DNA from: Epithemia pelagica | Taxonomy: Eukaryota > Protista > Bacillariophyta | Direction of reading: 5' to 3' | DNA length: 64,000 nucleotides | Assembly (NCBI GenBank): GCA_946965045.2 | Contig: OX337239.1 | Location: 1,550,001-1,614,000, forward strand | In this document: positions 20,311-33,044 of the stretch, one piece after another | Layout: the number at the start of each line of letters is the position of its first letter | Position numbering within the stretch: the stretch's first letter is position 1 | The notes under the pieces: generated by a model | Database searches by the model: none | Told to the model about the DNA's origin: nothing | The model's input: the letters and a program-made list of their open reading frames with translations, nothing else | Made by a program: the position numbers and the translations under genes

Positions 20311-22033
20311 CCCGAAGGGTACTGTCGCTGGAAAGTGGTCTCGGTTACGATTTTGAAATTTGACAACCGAGTCGACACACAAAATCCGTAGGGGTAGCCA
20401 TTCTCGCCAGACAGAACCACAATGATGAAGCAACAGGAACAGTTGCTAGAGGGACCCCCTTTCTTGAACCTCAACTTTGAGCCCAACCGCAGACGAGATT
20501 CACAATCACTAGGGAGACCTGCGCTGGAATGTGATAATGAGGAACCTTGATATACGATGAATAGCCACTCTTTACTCTGTCCATTTGCCTCATTCGTGTC
20601 ATTGGTATTCTTCAGTCGCGCAAGATCACATGGATTCGGGATTCGACCTGCAGAGTATCTTTTCCATTTTTCTGAGTCCCCTTATTAAAGGATATATGAA
20701 ATTTGGGCCAAGAATGCAGGCGTGCATGGAATCTCGTCTTCTTTCCATCTTTCCACTCATACGTTGGCATTGTGAAAAATTACTCTGCTTATGCAATCCG
20801 CAATTCCTCATCATAGATTCTGGTGGGTCAGAGTAAACTGTTATTTAACTGATCATTCTATTGTTTCTCTCAGAGAGGAAAACACGTGAAATGAAAAGTA
20901 GGAATCCTCGTCTATGCTGGATTGCGATTGCGCCTTTTGTAGTACTCCCCGACAGCAATACCAAGCGTGGCACCTAAGGCTAGTGCATGACTGGGCTGCA
21001 ACTAGGGTTAGGGTTGACTGACGACGTCAGACCACTTCTCTACCTGTCGTAGACTCGAAATGGTCGACTAGCTATGGTGCCACTTTGTTTCTAGGTAGAG
21101 GTATTTGGGAGAAATCTTCAAATAGACACAGCTCACCCAAGTTTCATCCAATCCCACTCTTCCAATTCTATGACAACGGTAGTAAGCTTTTTGGACAAGA
21201 GAGTTGCTCATATCAAATGAAGGATCTATCCCATGGTCACTTGACCATGAAGATTGGGTTCATTGGCAACTTTCAATCACTCATTTCAGAAGGCATAGCC
21301 TTGTTGGTTCTGTCCTTTCTTATTTTATGAGCCGACAAACTCTTTAATTTTGGTTTCTATTTGATTGCTGTGTTCTTTCTGGGAATCGAAGGATGTCTCT
21401 TCGCTTTCACTTCATGTTCGTGTTTTTTACGAATGACTTCATCTGTTCGCTTTTCGCTTCTCCCTCTCTCGCTTTTACATTCTCTAGCTACTACTCCTAC
21501 TCGTTTTCACCTCTCTAGCCTAGGGACTACCTACCTAGGGAGGTAGGTGGCTCCTACTACTTTCTACTTTCTGCGTTCTAACAAGTGGTTGAAGACTAGT
21601 GGGCCAATATGATTCTTCTTCTTGTCTGGGGTCTGGGGTCATCAATAAAAAGTTCCAGTGATGGCCGGCCAGCAAAAGTTCCAGTTTGAATGAAGAGACA
21701 GGCCTAGGAGGTCATAAGTCACAACATCAGTCGAGGAGCACAAGAGGCATCCGGACAGTTTCTGCTGTGGACGTGAGCAGTGCTTTGAAAGGACTTGTGT
21801 TAAGAGAGAAGATAGTCGAATAGCGAGTAAGCAAAGCAACATGAAGAGGAATCCCATCTTGATAGTTGGATGGATTTTGCCTTGGATCAGCAATGTTTGT
21901 GCTGATCAAACTACTTTGCGACGCCACTTCTTGCATGGTGGTTTCGAGAATAAAGGTAAGAAGCCGATTTGTACCAGCTTTCTGATATGCTGAGCATAAC
22001 CTAGTTGATCAATCGCGAGCGCTCTCAACTCTC

Positions 22034-24793
22034 ATGGTTTCGTTGTTTCCTGTAGTGAAGCAGACCCTTGAAAACCTACGGACGATCCTAAACGAAACAC
22101 GGAGCATCCAGAAAGCAAGTGATCAAGATCACACATACGATGATAAATATGCTCTTGTGGAATTTGCGACTATCAATACATGGAGGAGCATTCTCACGGC
22201 CTTCGATGAAGCTAACATTCTAAACATGACCGAGCTTGATGCGAACGGTTCATCGATTCTCATGCACATGGAAGGCAAACGAACATGTTATATGGTTGAA
22301 GAAAGAGAAGTTGAGGTCAAAGACCACAAGGTCAAATGGGAGACTGACGATGGTAGCTCGTTATCGAGAACAGAATCTCATTTTGTGACCAGGTACGATT
22401 GGGAAATCATAGAATCTTATGATATTGAACTATGCTTTGACTCCTGTTTGTCAAAGGACCAACGAAAAAGTCTGAAGAGCAGGAGAATGACAGTTTCTGT
22501 GAGCACTGCGACCAAGCATGAACCAGTGACTTGCCCACGTGTATTTGCTCCAAACCCAGTGGATATTTCCAGGATAGTGAATGAGGCACTTTCCCGCAAT
22601 CGGCATTTCAAGATTGAGCGAAATGCTGATTCCTGTAGGACACCAAGCCGAAACCATGACATTGAAGACGTTTTGAAGGCTCATAAATCTCTACACAAAT
22701 GGCTCGTTGATGTTGAGAATTATCTCAAATCGATATACACTCCAAAGGAGTATGTCGGGCCTACATTGGATGATGAAATGTTAAAGAAGCAAGTCACGTG
22801 GTACAGTGCTGTTCCGCTCTTTGAAAACTCTACTACATTGAGTCCGCATCGTATGGAAGTTATTCACCAGAAAGAGCGAGAAAGTCTCACTCACCTACTT
22901 TCTCTCGCGGCTGAACATTTTCCAGACGAACGAGCTCGCGACAATGTGTCTGTCAAAGAAGCTTCCTTGCTCGTGTTCGTTAGGCATGTTCTTGCTTTAC
23001 TTGAGATGCATTACGGATGTGTCCACATCGTGGAGGATATGTTACGAAAGCAACTGATTCAAGCCATCGGGAAGGAGATTGGTCCTGAGGATTTCCTTCA
23101 GTTCATGAGGTTCCATATGGATCGCTTGTTTGTCGACGAGCATCAACCAACGCCGTTCTCGATTGCTGTACGAAACGGAAATTCAACCCCAGTTGGAACC
23201 ATTTCCTTAGAAGAGCCAAATCTTGATGCGTCGCCGCCGGTCAAAGTTTTGAGCAGAAGAGTATCTGGATATGGACAACCTCCGATTCGCATTCCTCTGG
23301 ATGCCGCAACAAATATCGAAGTTACAGGTGATCGTTATTTATCTGGATGGATACGATATGGATTTGATTCCTCCTCTTTTGTGGATGGAAAGTTGGTTGC
23401 TCAGTCTAGGCAGTTCTCTAGCTTCGTTCTTTTGCTTGGTACGGTAACAGGACCAGAGAGCTTCGAAGCAAAACATGCCATCATCTTAAAGAACAAAGAT
23501 GAAGCAGTGATTCCAATCATTACCACGCCTCTTCCCAGCGCAAAAGAATTCAAAGATGCTATATCATCTTTGTCCCCTGAGCAACAGAGTTTTGCTCGTT
23601 CTTTCCGAGCCATGCAGCTTGAATCATCGGTATTTGGTATATGTGTTGTGCAATTGAAACCACAAATGGAAAAGCTGTTGAACCTTCCTGTTGGTTCTTT
23701 GGCCAAGGAAATACAACTGACCGAGGACCTAACTACTCTTTTTATCGAGCATCATATTCCGTCGGACCTCTTGTCTTTTGATGGGGACGACTCCGCTTCT
23801 CGAGAGGCCAAGGTGCATGTCGTCAAGACCAATGTTGAAGCAGTCAAGGATATCATCAAGGCAACGAAAGAACAGGCACTGCATGAATCTAAGGAACAAG
23901 CGAAAGCCCAGTTCCACGAAAGCGAAAGCGCTAAGTATCGTCGTTCCTCTGCGAGTGCCTCTCCAAGCTCTAGCCCTAGCGCCTCGCCAAGTTCTTATCC
24001 AAGTTCTCGCCCGAGCTCATATCCAAGCTCTAGCCCGAGCGCGTCACCAAGTGCTTCTCCAAGCTCTAGCCCGAGCGCGTCACCAAGTGCTTCTCCAAGT
24101 GCTAGCCCGAGCGCCTCGCCAAGTGCCGCTCCAAGTTCTAGCCCGAGCGCCACGCCAGATACCGCTCCACGCTCTAGCCCGAGCGCCTCGCCAAGTTCAC
24201 CTCCAAGCTCTAGCCCTAGTACTTCTCCGGATTCCGCCCCCTCCCCTACGACGAGTTCCACCACCAGTACTAATCCAGATTCTCTCTTGCGTCCAAATCA
24301 GAAACAGGGGGACGAGAACGATCAGGTTGGTCCACTCGACTTTACAAAAATTCCTTCATCCCTCGATACTATGATAGAACAGTATGACTCGGATGGATAC
24401 ATGAGATCCATGACGTTAACGGCAAGTCCAGTGTGGGCACTCAAGAAAAAGGCAAACATTCTTGTCGATCATGTATCAACATTTGCTGGAAAGAATGAAA
24501 TTCAAGATGCAAAACGACAAGCATTTGCCCTTCTTGATGCCATCACGCGTGGTGGTAACTTACCGGTTCACTGTGCCGAGTTTCATGTTGTTGTAGGAGT
24601 TTCGCACAATTTTGTAAATTCCGTCATGAAAACATTATACAAAGACAACATAAATCCAATCGAGAAAGCAGAGAAGTCATTGGTCCTTCTTGGCTCACAA
24701 ATCTTTGACAAAGAACCTAAATCGTTTGTCCACACGCGACATCATCACCTTCTCGAATGGTTCGACACTGAGTCGGAAGAAAAAGCCAAGTAA
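22034..24793 (+). CDS. Uncharacterised 919-aa protein with an internal Ser/Pro/Ala tandem-repeat insert
   Basis: Long uninterrupted ORF with globular-looking N- and C-terminal parts flanking SPSASPSS repeats. Confidence 0.85.
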   Translation: MVSLFPVVKQTLENLRTILNETRSIQKASDQDHTYDDKYALVEFATINTWRSILTAFDEANILNMTELDANGSSILMHMEGKRTCYMVEEREVEVKDHKVKWETDDGSSLSRTESHFVTRYDWEIIESYDIELCFDSCLSKDQRKSLKSRRMTVSVSTATKHEPVTCPRVFAPNPVDISRIVNEALSRNRHFKIERNADSCRTPSRNHDIEDVLKAHKSLHKWLVDVENYLKSIYTPKEYVGPTLDDEMLKKQVTWYSAVPLFENSTTLSPHRMEVIHQKERESLTHLLSLAAEHFPDERARDNVSVKEASLLVFVRHVLALLEMHYGCVHIVEDMLRKQLIQAIGKEIGPEDFLQFMRFHMDRLFVDEHQPTPFSIAVRNGNSTPVGTISLEEPNLDASPPVKVLSRRVSGYGQPPIRIPLDAATNIEVTGDRYLSGWIRYGFDSSSFVDGKLVAQSRQFSSFVLLLGTVTGPESFEAKHAIILKNKDEAVIPIITTPLPSAKEFKDAISSLSPEQQSFARSFRAMQLESSVFGICVVQLKPQMEKLLNLPVGSLAKEIQLTEDLTTLFIEHHIPSDLLSFDGDDSASREAKVHVVKTNVEAVKDIIKATKEQALHESKEQAKAQFHESESAKYRRSSASASPSSSPSASPSSYPSSRPSSYPSSSPSASPSASPSSSPSASPSASPSASPSASPSAAPSSSPSATPDTAPRSSPSASPSSPPSSSPSTSPDSAPSPTTSSTTSTNPDSLLRPNQKQGDENDQVGPLDFTKIPSSLDTMIEQYDSDGYMRSMTLTASPVWALKKKANILVDHVSTFAGKNEIQDAKRQAFALLDAITRGGNLPVHCAEFHVVVGVSHNFVNSVMKTLYKDNINPIEKAEKSLVLLGSQIFDKEPKSFVHTRHHHLLEWFDTESEEKAK
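23951..24230 (+). repeat. Coding minisatellite (12/24-bp units, SPSA/SPSS)
   Basis: Recurring ccaagctctagcccgagcgcgtca-like units. Confidence 0.9.
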
Positions 24794-24994
24794 CTTAAGT
24801 TAATTGGTACTATGAAGGAACATAGAGTAATCGTCATGTTCGACCTTGAAATCTAACATTGCTTTCGACGTCATATATCCATGAATTCTCGTAACGATAC
24901 AATAGCATGATACAATAGCATGGGACAGACACACGGTGCACCGATTTGACTGTTTGTACTATAACACTTCCATCTACAGATCAAGCTGTTATGA

Positions 24995-26226
24995 CTAAAA
25001 ACCGGCTGAGAATGGGTTTCGCAAGCAAAGAAATTTACCCCCGGGTCGATCGGCACACGCCAGATCTTTCGCTTCAGCCGCTGTCTCCTTCTTGGCCTGT
25101 CTAATTCTTTTCAATGCCTTGAGTTTCTCTTCTGCGTCTTTCACATCATCATCTGCATCAAGGAAATCTTTCCTGGTAAGACGAGCCCGTTCATCGCGAA
25201 TGTCGCGACTTTCCAAGGGCATATCCAAATCACCGGAGGATCCTCCACTTCCTGAAAACGGATTCGGAAGAGCAACCTTTGGCAAATCAACCTTTGGAAG
25301 GTCCACCTTGGGGATATCAACCTTTGGAACATCCACTTTGGGAATATCGACCTTTGGCACGTCGACCTTCGGGATATTTAGATCATAATCCGGAAGATCG
25401 ACCTTTGGGGTGTCAATTTTTGGCATGCTGAACTTGGGCATGGACAGTTTCGGCATGTCTGGCATATCAATTTTCGGCATGTCCGGAACGTCTATCTTTG
25501 GCATGTCTGGCAATTCAACTTTGGGTAAATCAACCTTTGGTGCCTCAACCTTTGGAGGAGCTGGTTTGCTCTCGACTTTAGGTACATCGATCTTTGGAAT
25601 GTCGACCTTAGGTAGACTGATAGAGGGCATGGAGATTTCTGGCATTTTTGGACTTTCGTCCTTCTTTTCTTCCACCACTTTCTTTTCCTCTACAACTTTC
25701 TTTTCTTCTAATTTTTTCTCCTCTTTCTTCTCTTCAGGCTTCTTTTCCTCGACGACAAAATCATCCTTTTTAGTAAAGTCAAGGTCACCAAAAGGGTTGA
25801 AAGCAGGGGGCGCCTTGGTATTGTCGCTGACTTTCCCTCCAAGTGCCTCACCATAACTAGGAAGGGAGAAATCCATTGTTTCAACGCCAGCTACGACGAT
25901 ACTGGACGGAGCCTGTGAATCTACAGAAACATCTGAAAAACAAAAACCATTAGTGAGAAGTGAGCAAGGGTCGCGAGATACCTTCAAGTAAAACCAGCGA
26001 ACATACAACTAGGTTCCGCTGCAAAAGAAGCTTGGGACGCGAATACCAAACCAGCCACCACTGGTGCCAGAGCAGCGCCCCAGTTGATGTTGCGATCCTT
26101 GGGGGCTTGCGCCTCTGCCGACAACGTAGATGAATGCCTCATTGTTGATGCCATCATCTGCGGCGTGAAGGCAGATGCACCTCCGAAGGTAGCGATGGTC
26201 GCTAGTACAACTGCTGAATACTTCAT
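24995..26226 (-). CDS. Plastid (probably thylakoid-lumen) protein with PKVD/PKID pentapeptide repeats; exons 26226-26007 and 25932-24995
   Basis: Signal peptide plus ASA-F transit motif, then a second hydrophobic stretch ending ASFA. Phase-1 intron 25933-26006 (GTATGT...TTTCAG). C-terminal C-x8-C. Confidence 0.85.
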
Positions 26227-26888
26227 CTTGTCAACAAAACAAATCCAAAGATTCCTATCAAAGACGATGATTGGATATCAATACCCCAGAAGACACTTGC
26301 GTTGGGATCGGATATCGGAACAGATCTCTCTCTTGCAAAAAGATGCCCAGGAGGAGGATTTGACTTCAAAATGGTGCCTGACATCTGGTTGTCAAAGGCG
26401 ACTCAACATGACGTCATAAACGTCTTTATGCCTTATGACTCCCTTGTCGCATATCGCGCTCGCTCTGATGTCGCCGGCACGGGGAGCGACCCGCGAGATC
26501 GCGGACGTTTTTTTTTGTCACACCGTTTTTGTTGTTGTGAGCGAAGGGGACTCGTTCCCTTGGGAATCGCCATGTGCTCATATACGGCATGCGCGCAAAA
26601 ATCCAATAATTCGAAGAAATCCACCTAAGTATTCGAAGTTGGACGAGCAACTGCCTCCTCACGCAGGGCAGAAGGGCCTAAGTACACTCGCGTCTGTCAC
26701 ACAGGGCCGACCCTGTCGTGCCGCACAAATCAAAAGCAGAAATTCCTCCAAACACACAACAACGGGAGAGGAAGTGTTGCTCCGACCCGACAACATTCTC
26801 CTGTTCACAATTTCTGCCTTCCGTAAACCATACTTTCTGCCACTGTAATCACTTGCTTCGCAATAAAAGTGAATCAATTCTATTGAAG

Positions 26889-28824
26889 ATGGACAACATG
26901 ATCAAGGCGGTGCAGATTCGAGCTGAAGGGGCTGGGTCTGGTTGTCCTCCGTCTGTTTCTCTCCATCAGCATCATCGCCCAAGCTATGAAACTGGAAGTG
27001 GAGCAGTCCCCCCAAATTCGTCTTCTGAGATGGAAAGTCACAGTCGTAGCTCAACAAACCATGGAATTCGTGGCAATGGACCTCACTCTCACTATTTGGA
27101 ATCTGGGTCACAATCTTATTACGGCAGTCGCCACCACCATCATCATCACTCCGTACATCGCCATTCTTCATCGTCCCACCACCATATTCATCGCCATTCT
27201 TCGGCTAACGGACACCAACAGCACTTTCATTACAATTCGGCTAGGCAAAGTGGACAGTATCATCATCACGGGCCACGCGCACCGTCTCAGCATCAATCAC
27301 AGAGACACTATCCTTCAAATCCCATGCACCATAGCCGAACCAGTAACCAGATACCAAATGGACCAGCGGAGACAAGCACAGGACCAAACACTGTCAGTCA
27401 TGGAAGCAATCGAATGGATAATGGGAGAATGGAGAACAGTAAAACACTTCATCCTCCACCAAGATCGCATGCTCATCACCATTTTCCTCATCACAACGGT
27501 CCTTCATCTAATCACGTCCACCCCCAAAATAACGTCCATAGAGCCGTTTTTCATCATGGACGACCTCCGCATCCGTCTACACATGGACGACCACCCCATG
27601 CTCCCAGATCTCAAAAGCAGTGTGGCAACGAAACGAAGAGCTCTAACAGTGTTAAACAAGACACACCTGCATCGCCCTCTTCTAGTGCTGTTGTGAAAGC
27701 CCCCGCACGTCCAATGCCCTTGCAACCAGTGCCTCAAAACCCTAACATCCCATCGCCTCACGTTCAAAAACCAAGCGATAAGAAAGGTCCACCAAAACCA
27801 GAAACAAAAGATGTTGTTGAGCAACCCAAGTTAGATGCAAAGCCTACAACGATAGAGCCCGCTGCTAGCAAAGAAAATTCAGATGTTAAAGACGCACCTC
27901 ACTCGACACAAAAGCAGCCAAAGACGAACCCATTCATGGCAATGAAATCTCCTGTAACTCTGTGCTTCGAACGGATGCTCGGAGCTGGTAAGTACCCATT
28001 CTCGAGAATGCTGATACGATTTACCTTACTAACCGGGTTCGCCTGCTTTCATAGCCCACTATCTAGCGCACAATCCCACCCCAGATGTTGTTAGAGAAAA
28101 ACTGAGCAAGAAACGAAAAGAAGCTGAGAAGGAGAACGAACTCCGACCCATAAAGCAAGAACATGAAGAACTGGTGCTTGAGCCTGTTGGTTTGGCTTAT
28201 GACGAAGTGAAGCCAAAACGCGCGAAAACACATGTCACATCGTCGGGGACGATCATTGAAGGCGGCGAAGGAAATCCATTTATTGAGCTCGAAAATGACG
28301 AAGAACTGCTGCAAAAGGTTATTCTCCAAATGGCGTTGATCAGTGAGAGCAAGGAGACAAAGCGTGTTGTTACAGAGCCTGTGTCGAATACAATTGGTGA
28401 AGGCTTTTACTGGCGTGATTATCCAGTTCTGGAAGAGATCCTTTTTGACAATATGAAGAACTATTACAACATGTCGTCACAAAATCGCCAATCTCGACAC
28501 CAGCAAGAATTCAATAATCGGTTGGTTGTTAGCATCCGCCAAGCTGCTGCAGATTGTGGATATGACTTCGAGCCTGCTTTCAATGATAAAAGACTACGGG
28601 ATCGTATCCGATGCTTTTACAAAACTCATTTACAGAATGCCAAGAAGCGCCTTGCTACTCTTCAGAAACATCCAAACTCTCCCATTCACCAGTCTCATCT
28701 TCGCATCTACATTCGATGTGTCAAAGAGAACATGAGTGTGGAGGATAGCGAGGCATTGGAGTCGGGCAGTGGGGCCGCTCCAAGTGTTGTTTTGCGCAAA
28801 CGCAAACAAGAGGGAACGCACTAG
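26889..28824 (+). CDS. His/Ser/Pro-rich nuclear-type protein with a conserved-looking helical C-terminal domain; one intron from 27988 to 28054 or 28066
   Basis: GTAAGT donor, TACTAAC branch point at 28027 and in-frame acceptors. C-terminal FYWRDYP...RLRDRIRCFYKTH and a KRK NLS-like motif. Confidence 0.8.
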
Positions 28825-29266
28825 GCCGTGCACCATATTCGGCGGAACGGGTTGTATATGTACAAATACAACTAGCAACGAGACAAACTTTTTTAATTCT
28901 TTTTCGGCCCAGATTGAAATGTTAAAACGAAATAAGTAATTATTTAAAGCGCTATTTCCAATGCGTAGCAGTGAGAGTCCATTGGTTTTCGTTATTGCTC
29001 AAGTTCAATGTGCGTCGGAAAATTAGTGTGTCCAAAACGCTTTCCTTGTACTCGGACTTCTTCGCCTCGCGCGTTACTCTACCTCCAGAAGTGGCCGGCG
29101 AGATTCAGTTTGTCACACTCGACACGCGCCAGCCGATGCTTCTGGTTTCAGCGCGATGGGCACGTTTTGATCCAGGGACGACCGGGAGGAAGTTTTAAAT
29201 TGGTTGATGCGGAGAAGAGCAGCAGCAGTCCGTCTCGTCGTCGCGAGATTGCTGCGTTGAAAGTTG

Positions 29267-31849
29267 ATGGATCGTCCAAATAACAGCCCAAAGGCTAGAA
29301 AGCCACTTCACATGGTGTTTCCGAAGAGACCCCCTCCTCGTCCATCAGCTCGTAAGCCTCCTTCATCTGTACTCCGGGTATACGAGGATTCTGAAGAAAC
29401 TGTCGGCACAACTCGTCGGCAGATATTCCTTACTAGTAGTACCCAACAAACCCGTGCTCTGAATGTGGAACCTTCCTTTTCTTCTTCGTCTCCAAGTTCA
29501 TCCAATATCACCCCGGTCAACCGAAAGGCGAGTGAAGATGCTTCCCATCCAACCAAGAAGCGGAAAGGGACACCAAAGAAACCTGCGGTGGGTGGTGGGA
29601 AGGAAAACTCTGATTCCTTGGACTTTCTAGCCCCGAACGAAACAGTCTCAAGACGCACTTCATCCGCAGCCAAAAGCCTGTTTCAACCGTCTTATAGTCG
29701 AACTGACGAAGATGTTTCAATCGGGGCGACCTCGGTTGACGACGCAATAATCGATCCTTGGGAAGTTGCACGACAGCTGAGTCCTGATCAGCAGCGCAAA
29801 CAGTATTGGCAACTGTGTTATGGAACGGAAAATGGGAGTGATCAGAGTGTTTCATACCACAGTTGGTCTGCACAACGCATCAAACCCAATAAGAGTTGGT
29901 GAGTAGACGTGCCCTGTCAGGAGATTGATTCAACGTTGGATACGACTTACATTTGATTCACCTGGTGTACAGCTTGTCAAAGACAACGATAGAAACGCCT
30001 TTGCATCTGACAGAAGGGATGGTCATGTCTCCTACCTTGGACAACCTAAAAGCAGCATCTTATAGAACACCGCAGTCTTCTCCAAAGTACCAGAGCTTGG
30101 GAGATGAAAACGATTCTTCCAATGCAAGAAATGTCCGGTTTGGACCAACCCGGGTGGCAGAGTATGAAGCTAATGACCCTTCGCTAACAATGACACCAAT
30201 GCCAGCAGATGAAGCTGCAAGGCGCTATCCAACTGAGATGAAAGCTCAGACAGAAGCCGAAACTTCGTTGCTTCTGGAAACAAAGGAGAACACGGCTTTG
30301 TTGGACGAATGGGATGACCAAGAGGACTACAGTAGCGAAGATTTAGGCTTCTCGCTCATTGAGCAATCAGATGACAGCAGTGACGAGGAACATGTTTCCA
30401 ATCGTGTTGTTCGCCAGCCTCCAAAAAGCCGCAGGTCTTCATCATATTTCATGCCAGCAGCCGGATCTCATACATTGCTAGAGGACGAGCAAAACGAGAA
30501 AACGAACGATGCAACAATACTTCGCCCCGGATGTTCTGATGATGCTCAGTCCTCAGGGTCGCCTGTCATTCTTGACGATTACGGACAAGAGCAACCGGAT
30601 GGCAGTCACGAAAGTGGATCAAAAATTGATTCAGCATGGAGAAAAAGATCCTTCTTATCTCTACCCGCCAATGAATCAGCGCGTACTGTTGACTATGACT
30701 CCGAAAACGAGGATACAGAGAAAAGTGAATTGAGCGATTTGAGTAGCGCGTGCACTGAAGAAACGTTGACCCCTAGTAACCGTGGAAAGGAACAATCGCG
30801 TATAAACGGAATGGGCTCCGTCGACTTTCCCAGACTATCTCTCACTTCACCATTGTACTCTCCACTTGCTGACGACCGTTCTTGTGTGAATGAGAGTGAA
30901 GATGGAAGTGTCCCCGACGACAGTTCCCGTGATACGGCTACTTCTCAACAGACTCAGCCATCTGCATCACAAAAGTAAGTGCCCGTCGAAACTAACAGAT
31001 ACATCAAGTTGACGAAAAGGAAATCTCAATCATGGCATGTGCTGGTGAAGCAAGAAAATGACGGTTCAAAACCTCAATACTTCGGTTGTGCCACTCACTG
31101 GTACAGAAAAAGGCGGAAACAAACCAAACATCGACAGCAAAAGCACATGGCAAGGTCTTGTTGGAGAGCTTATTGAGGCCACGGCGTTATTGAAAAGTAA
31201 GCAGAGTCGACCTGATCTCTCCTTACTTACCAGACTCGTGGAAGGTGCTCGTGAACGGATAAAAAAGGCGCACGTTGAAAGAATGAGAATCGTCGCTCTT
31301 TCCCTTCGTTGTGAGAAACGGCATTTGGAGTGTTCAATGCTAGCTCTGGAAATGAACATCGGTGCTCTTTCAAGAGCAAGAGAGCTCTCTGTAAGGAGGC
31401 AAAATCGGGATCTTTATCTTGAACTGAAACGAGTCCAGAACGAGACGATGGAACATTCTGAGTGCCAAAAGTTGGTGCTCTCGCTTTCTTCGTCCCTGAT
31501 TGAGGATGCTTTACAGATTGAGTTTGTAGCCAACACCTTCGAAGTAAAGTTCGTTGCGCATTCAAACTGCATGCAGTGGTATATACCTGGAGAGACCATC
31601 CATATAACAGCTGATGCTTCTTCGGGGGTGATAGATAAGATTCAGTTCCTGGACATTCCAGTTTCGAATTCTTTATCAGATTCAGATAGCCGGTATAAAG
31701 ATGAATGCAAAGCACTGCTGAAGGAAGAGATGAAGCTATTGCAGTCTGCGACGGTTGAACTGGATGTATCCGTTGTTGTTTATCAACTTCTCATATTCTT
31801 GAGTCGACTCGACATGCACTACATGTCAGCCACTTTGCCTCAAATGTAA
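29267..31849 (+). CDS. Three-exon protein with a disordered N-terminus, coiled coil and compact C-terminal domain (possibly KNL1/Spc7-like); introns 29899-29972 and 30975-31050
   Basis: GT-AG introns join three ORFs in frame. KSCL and NVRF motifs. The function call is speculative. Confidence 0.7.
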
Positions 31850-31979
31850 ACCGATAAACCCAGAGAGGAACCTCGTGCCTCAGACACAGTGTCGCATACG
31901 GACTTAGGTTTGATTTCATAGTCAACATCAATACGAATAGACATAATTAGAGGCCAAAATCAATATATAGAAGCCTTAG

Positions 31980-33044
31980 CTACTTGTTAACATTGGAGTA
32001 ATCTCGTGCGCCAAATATTGAAGAGCCCACCCGGACGTTGGTTGATCCTTTGGCAATGGCAAGCTCATAGTCTCCAGACATGCCCATGGAAAGTTCTAAC
32101 TCTTTGTCTTCGGACATGGACAGCGCTGTTTGGACCTCCCGTCGACAAGCTACTAATGTATCCAAACAGGATTCATCACCCGGTGCACCAATGGTCATGA
32201 GTCCTAGTAAGTGCAAGGCCGGACATTGTTCGACAATTTCCCGACACAGGTCCACCACTTCGGAAGGTGTAACACCACTCTTGGACTCTTCTCCGCTGGT
32301 ATTGACTTGCACAAAGATCTTGAGCTTTTGCTCCGTCGTACTATCTTGAATCGCCCGTTGCAACTTGCGTGCCAATTTGACCGTACTGACCGTTTCCAGG
32401 ACAAACCGATCCAAGGTACTTTCTTCTGTTGAGGATCCCAAAAAGGGACTGAGTAATAGACCGACCTTGTTGGATTGCAAACTTCCAATAAAATGCCATT
32501 GGACATGGGATGGCAATTGTGGTACTTTTTCCACCAATTCTTGCACATAATTTTCACCAAAAATACGAATACCCGCCTTGTCGTAGGCCTCTTGCAACAA
32601 TTCAATGGGTTTGGTTTTACTCACGGCTACTAATCGAACGGGTGATGGAGTACCGGTAGCAGGAGGTGCTTGTTCTTGTGCCTTGTCCATATTGGCCCGT
32701 ACCATTGCCACATTGGCAGCAATGTCAATGACCGAGGTGCTGTCCCCTTGATCATTGTTGAAATTTGTTGTTGTATCCGTCGACGACATGAGTAATCGGG
32801 AGACAGAATCGTTGAAAGAAAACAATGATGAAAGTATGCGTGGTCGCAACGATTGATGGTGCAACGACCCGACGAACCCACCAGGACGTGGAAGGAGAGT
32901 TGTGGAGGATATGGCACGTAACTTGAATGTTGTGCGTGGAATCAACGACGAACGTGGAATCCCAGGTACTGCAATAAGGGCAATGGATGGACGAATCGAA
33001 GTAGAAAGATACCAAAGAACCGTTGCCGACAAACAAATCCTCAT
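31980..33044 (-). CDS. PLPBP: Pyridoxal-phosphate homeostasis protein (YggS/PROSC family) with an N-terminal targeting extension
   Basis: LVAVSKTK, FGENYVQE, WHFIGSLQSNK, QVNTSGEESKSG, GLMTIG, LSMGMSGD, VRVGSSIFG. Confidence 0.95.
   Translation of the reverse strand: MRICLSATVLWYLSTSIRPSIALIAVPGIPRSSLIPRTTFKLRAISSTTLLPRPGGFVGSLHHQSLRPRILSSLFSFNDSVSRLLMSSTDTTTNFNNDQGDSTSVIDIAANVAMVRANMDKAQEQAPPATGTPSPVRLVAVSKTKPIELLQEAYDKAGIRIFGENYVQELVEKVPQLPSHVQWHFIGSLQSNKVGLLLSPFLGSSTEESTLDRFVLETVSTVKLARKLQRAIQDSTTEQKLKIFVQVNTSGEESKSGVTPSEVVDLCREIVEQCPALHLLGLMTIGAPGDESCLDTLVACRREVQTALSMSEDKELELSMGMSGDYELAIAKGSTNVRVGSSIFGARDYSNVNK

Noticed and set aside
21003-21015. (TTAGGG)2-like motif
   Set aside because: Only two units; not a telomere.
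20316-21940. Possible decayed coding sequence flanking the gypsy
   Set aside because: Several frames with stops; no family could be assigned.
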